Part shown: positions 49,248 to 49,283 of the stretch, one piece after another | Numbering within the stretch: the stretch's first letter is position 1 | How the letters are laid out: each line of letters begins with the position of its first letter | Assembly: GCA_028275385.1 (NCBI GenBank) | Contig: JAPWUR010000001.1 | Location: 1-49,283 of the forward strand | Direction of reading: 5' to 3' | DNA: 49,283 nucleotides | DNA from: Candidatus Bathyarchaeota archaeon | Lineage (GTDB): Archaea; Thermoproteota; Bathyarchaeia; 40CM-2-53-6; CALIRQ01 | The notes under the pieces: generated by a model | Seen by the model: the letters and a program-made list of their open reading frames with translations, nothing else | What the model was told of the DNA's origin: nothing | The model's database searches: none | Made by a program: the position numbers and the translations under genes

Positions 49248-49283
49248 CTTTCACAAAACACCTCCAAGCCCAGCGCAGGATTG

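Noticed and set aside
1-49283. Search for CRISPR arrays, long direct or inverted repeats, IS elements, integrases, prophage or defence genes, and toxin-antitoxin pairs.
   Set aside because: None were seen by eye. Repeats are limited to short (<=12 nt) motifs, and every sizeable ORF has a plausible housekeeping or transport assignment. A computational repeat or HMM scan would be needed to exclude weak signals.

Overview
GC-rich archaeal chromosomal segment. The archaeal assignment rests on ribosomal proteins eS17, uS7, uS10, uL3, uL4, uL23, uL2 and uS19, on EF-1alpha and PurP, and on tRNA introns with bulge-helix-bulge (BHB) splice motifs. The window is almost fully coding and mostly housekeeping. 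In order it holds: a surface-glycan cluster (GT1 fragment, GT39-like, 4-OT tautomerase, GT2, flippase); a DUF362 Fe-S protein; purC-purP-purP; MscS; a TreT/OtsA-like GT4 divergent from a HAD-IIB phosphatase; two divergent intron-containing tRNA genes; an IPMDH/IDH-family dehydrogenase; EamA; an M24 peptidase; a beta-CASP RNase; GT2; DUF2721; TruD; a five-gene Opp/Dpp-type ABC importer; TrkA/TrkH; two ribosomal-protein blocks; a TtuA-like PP-loop enzyme; an M50 protease; GcvH; aspartate kinase; a PRC-barrel protein; TrxB; and ilvD convergent with ilvB-ilvN-ilvC-leuC-leuD. I found no CRISPR array, transposase or integrase, toxin-antitoxin or defence module, and no convincing new multi-gene system. 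The notable signals are small or non-coding. (1) An ORF-free ~334-nt GC-rich locus (33291-33624, +) that I read as the SRP/7S RNA gene; the tail of the neighbouring CDS overlaps it antisense. (2) A tRNA-Leu(UAA) gene with two short introns and a tRNA-Arg(CCU) gene with a D-arm intron. (3) A 50-codon double-CPxCG zinc-ribbon ORF hidden between DUF2721 and truD. (4) A GT4/HAD-IIB pair that could make a compatible solute. (5) Atypical break points in the ribosomal-protein operons. All homology statements come from motif recognition by eye; no database search was run.
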